Origin: Macrostomum lignano
Taxonomy: Eukaryota
Direction of reading: 5' to 3'
Assembly (NCBI GenBank): GCA_002269645.1
Contig: NIVC01004111.1
Coordinates: 1 to 30,661 of the forward strand
Length of the DNA: 30,661 nt
Each line of letters begins with the position of its first letter. Within the stretch, counting starts at the first letter, position 1. Shown here in pieces: positions 30,392-30,661 of the stretch. The notes beneath the pieces were generated by a model. The model did not search any database, was not told the origin of the DNA, and saw only the letters and a program-made list of their open reading frames with translations. The translations under genes and the position numbers were made by a program.

Positions 30392-30661
30392 CTGCAGCAA
30401 TAGGGTTACAGTAATATGAAAATTGTAATAACTGCAATAAATTACCCCTGGTAGAAAGAGGATGTAACGCTAAATGCTGATTAACTTTATCAATTTCTCA
30501 CTTGTGGCTTCAAATATTCTCAGGATAACCAGAAAGGTATAGAGATTACTAATTAAATAATGTGCATGCGCAGAAGTTTTATAATCGCAAGGACATTGTT
30601 CCACTGGCAACACACTTTTCAGGTCTCTATGGGCTGAGAAGCTGTCAGGTGCTAACTGTTT

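Noticed and set aside
1-30661. Transposon or retroelement coding sequence, RNA genes
   Set aside because: I saw no RT, transposase, tRNA or rRNA signatures on either strand.

Overview
Eukaryotic (metazoan, probably invertebrate) genomic DNA with spliceosomal GT-AG introns and many minisatellites. Two genes converge tail to tail. (1) Left, + strand: the last coding exon (2462-2956) of a cytoplasmic dynein 1 intermediate chain (WD40) gene, surrounded by tandem repeats. (2) Minus strand, 5458 to beyond 30391: 12 in-phase exons encoding about 7,400 aa of the C-terminal part of a giant secreted SCO-spondin/gel-forming-mucin-like protein. Its order is TIL-VWC-like, LDLa x5, PTS, discoidin-like, PTS, LDLa, then a single 17.2-kb exon of Thr-rich PTS tracts studded with 15 divergent F5/8-type-C(discoidin)-like 4-Cys domains, then a Cys-flanked RGD, seven TSP1 repeats mixed with TIL/VWC modules, and a C-terminal cystine knot. 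The giant exon has two 1-nt deletions (~25415, ~18847) that look like assembly errors. The main novelty is a hierarchically duplicated, homogenised array of an unrecognised discoidin-like domain family that sits in the mucin backbone the way CysD does in vertebrate mucins. Genome style (GC-rich exons, minisatellite-filled introns) resembles a free-living flatworm such as Macrostomum, but this is only an inference.
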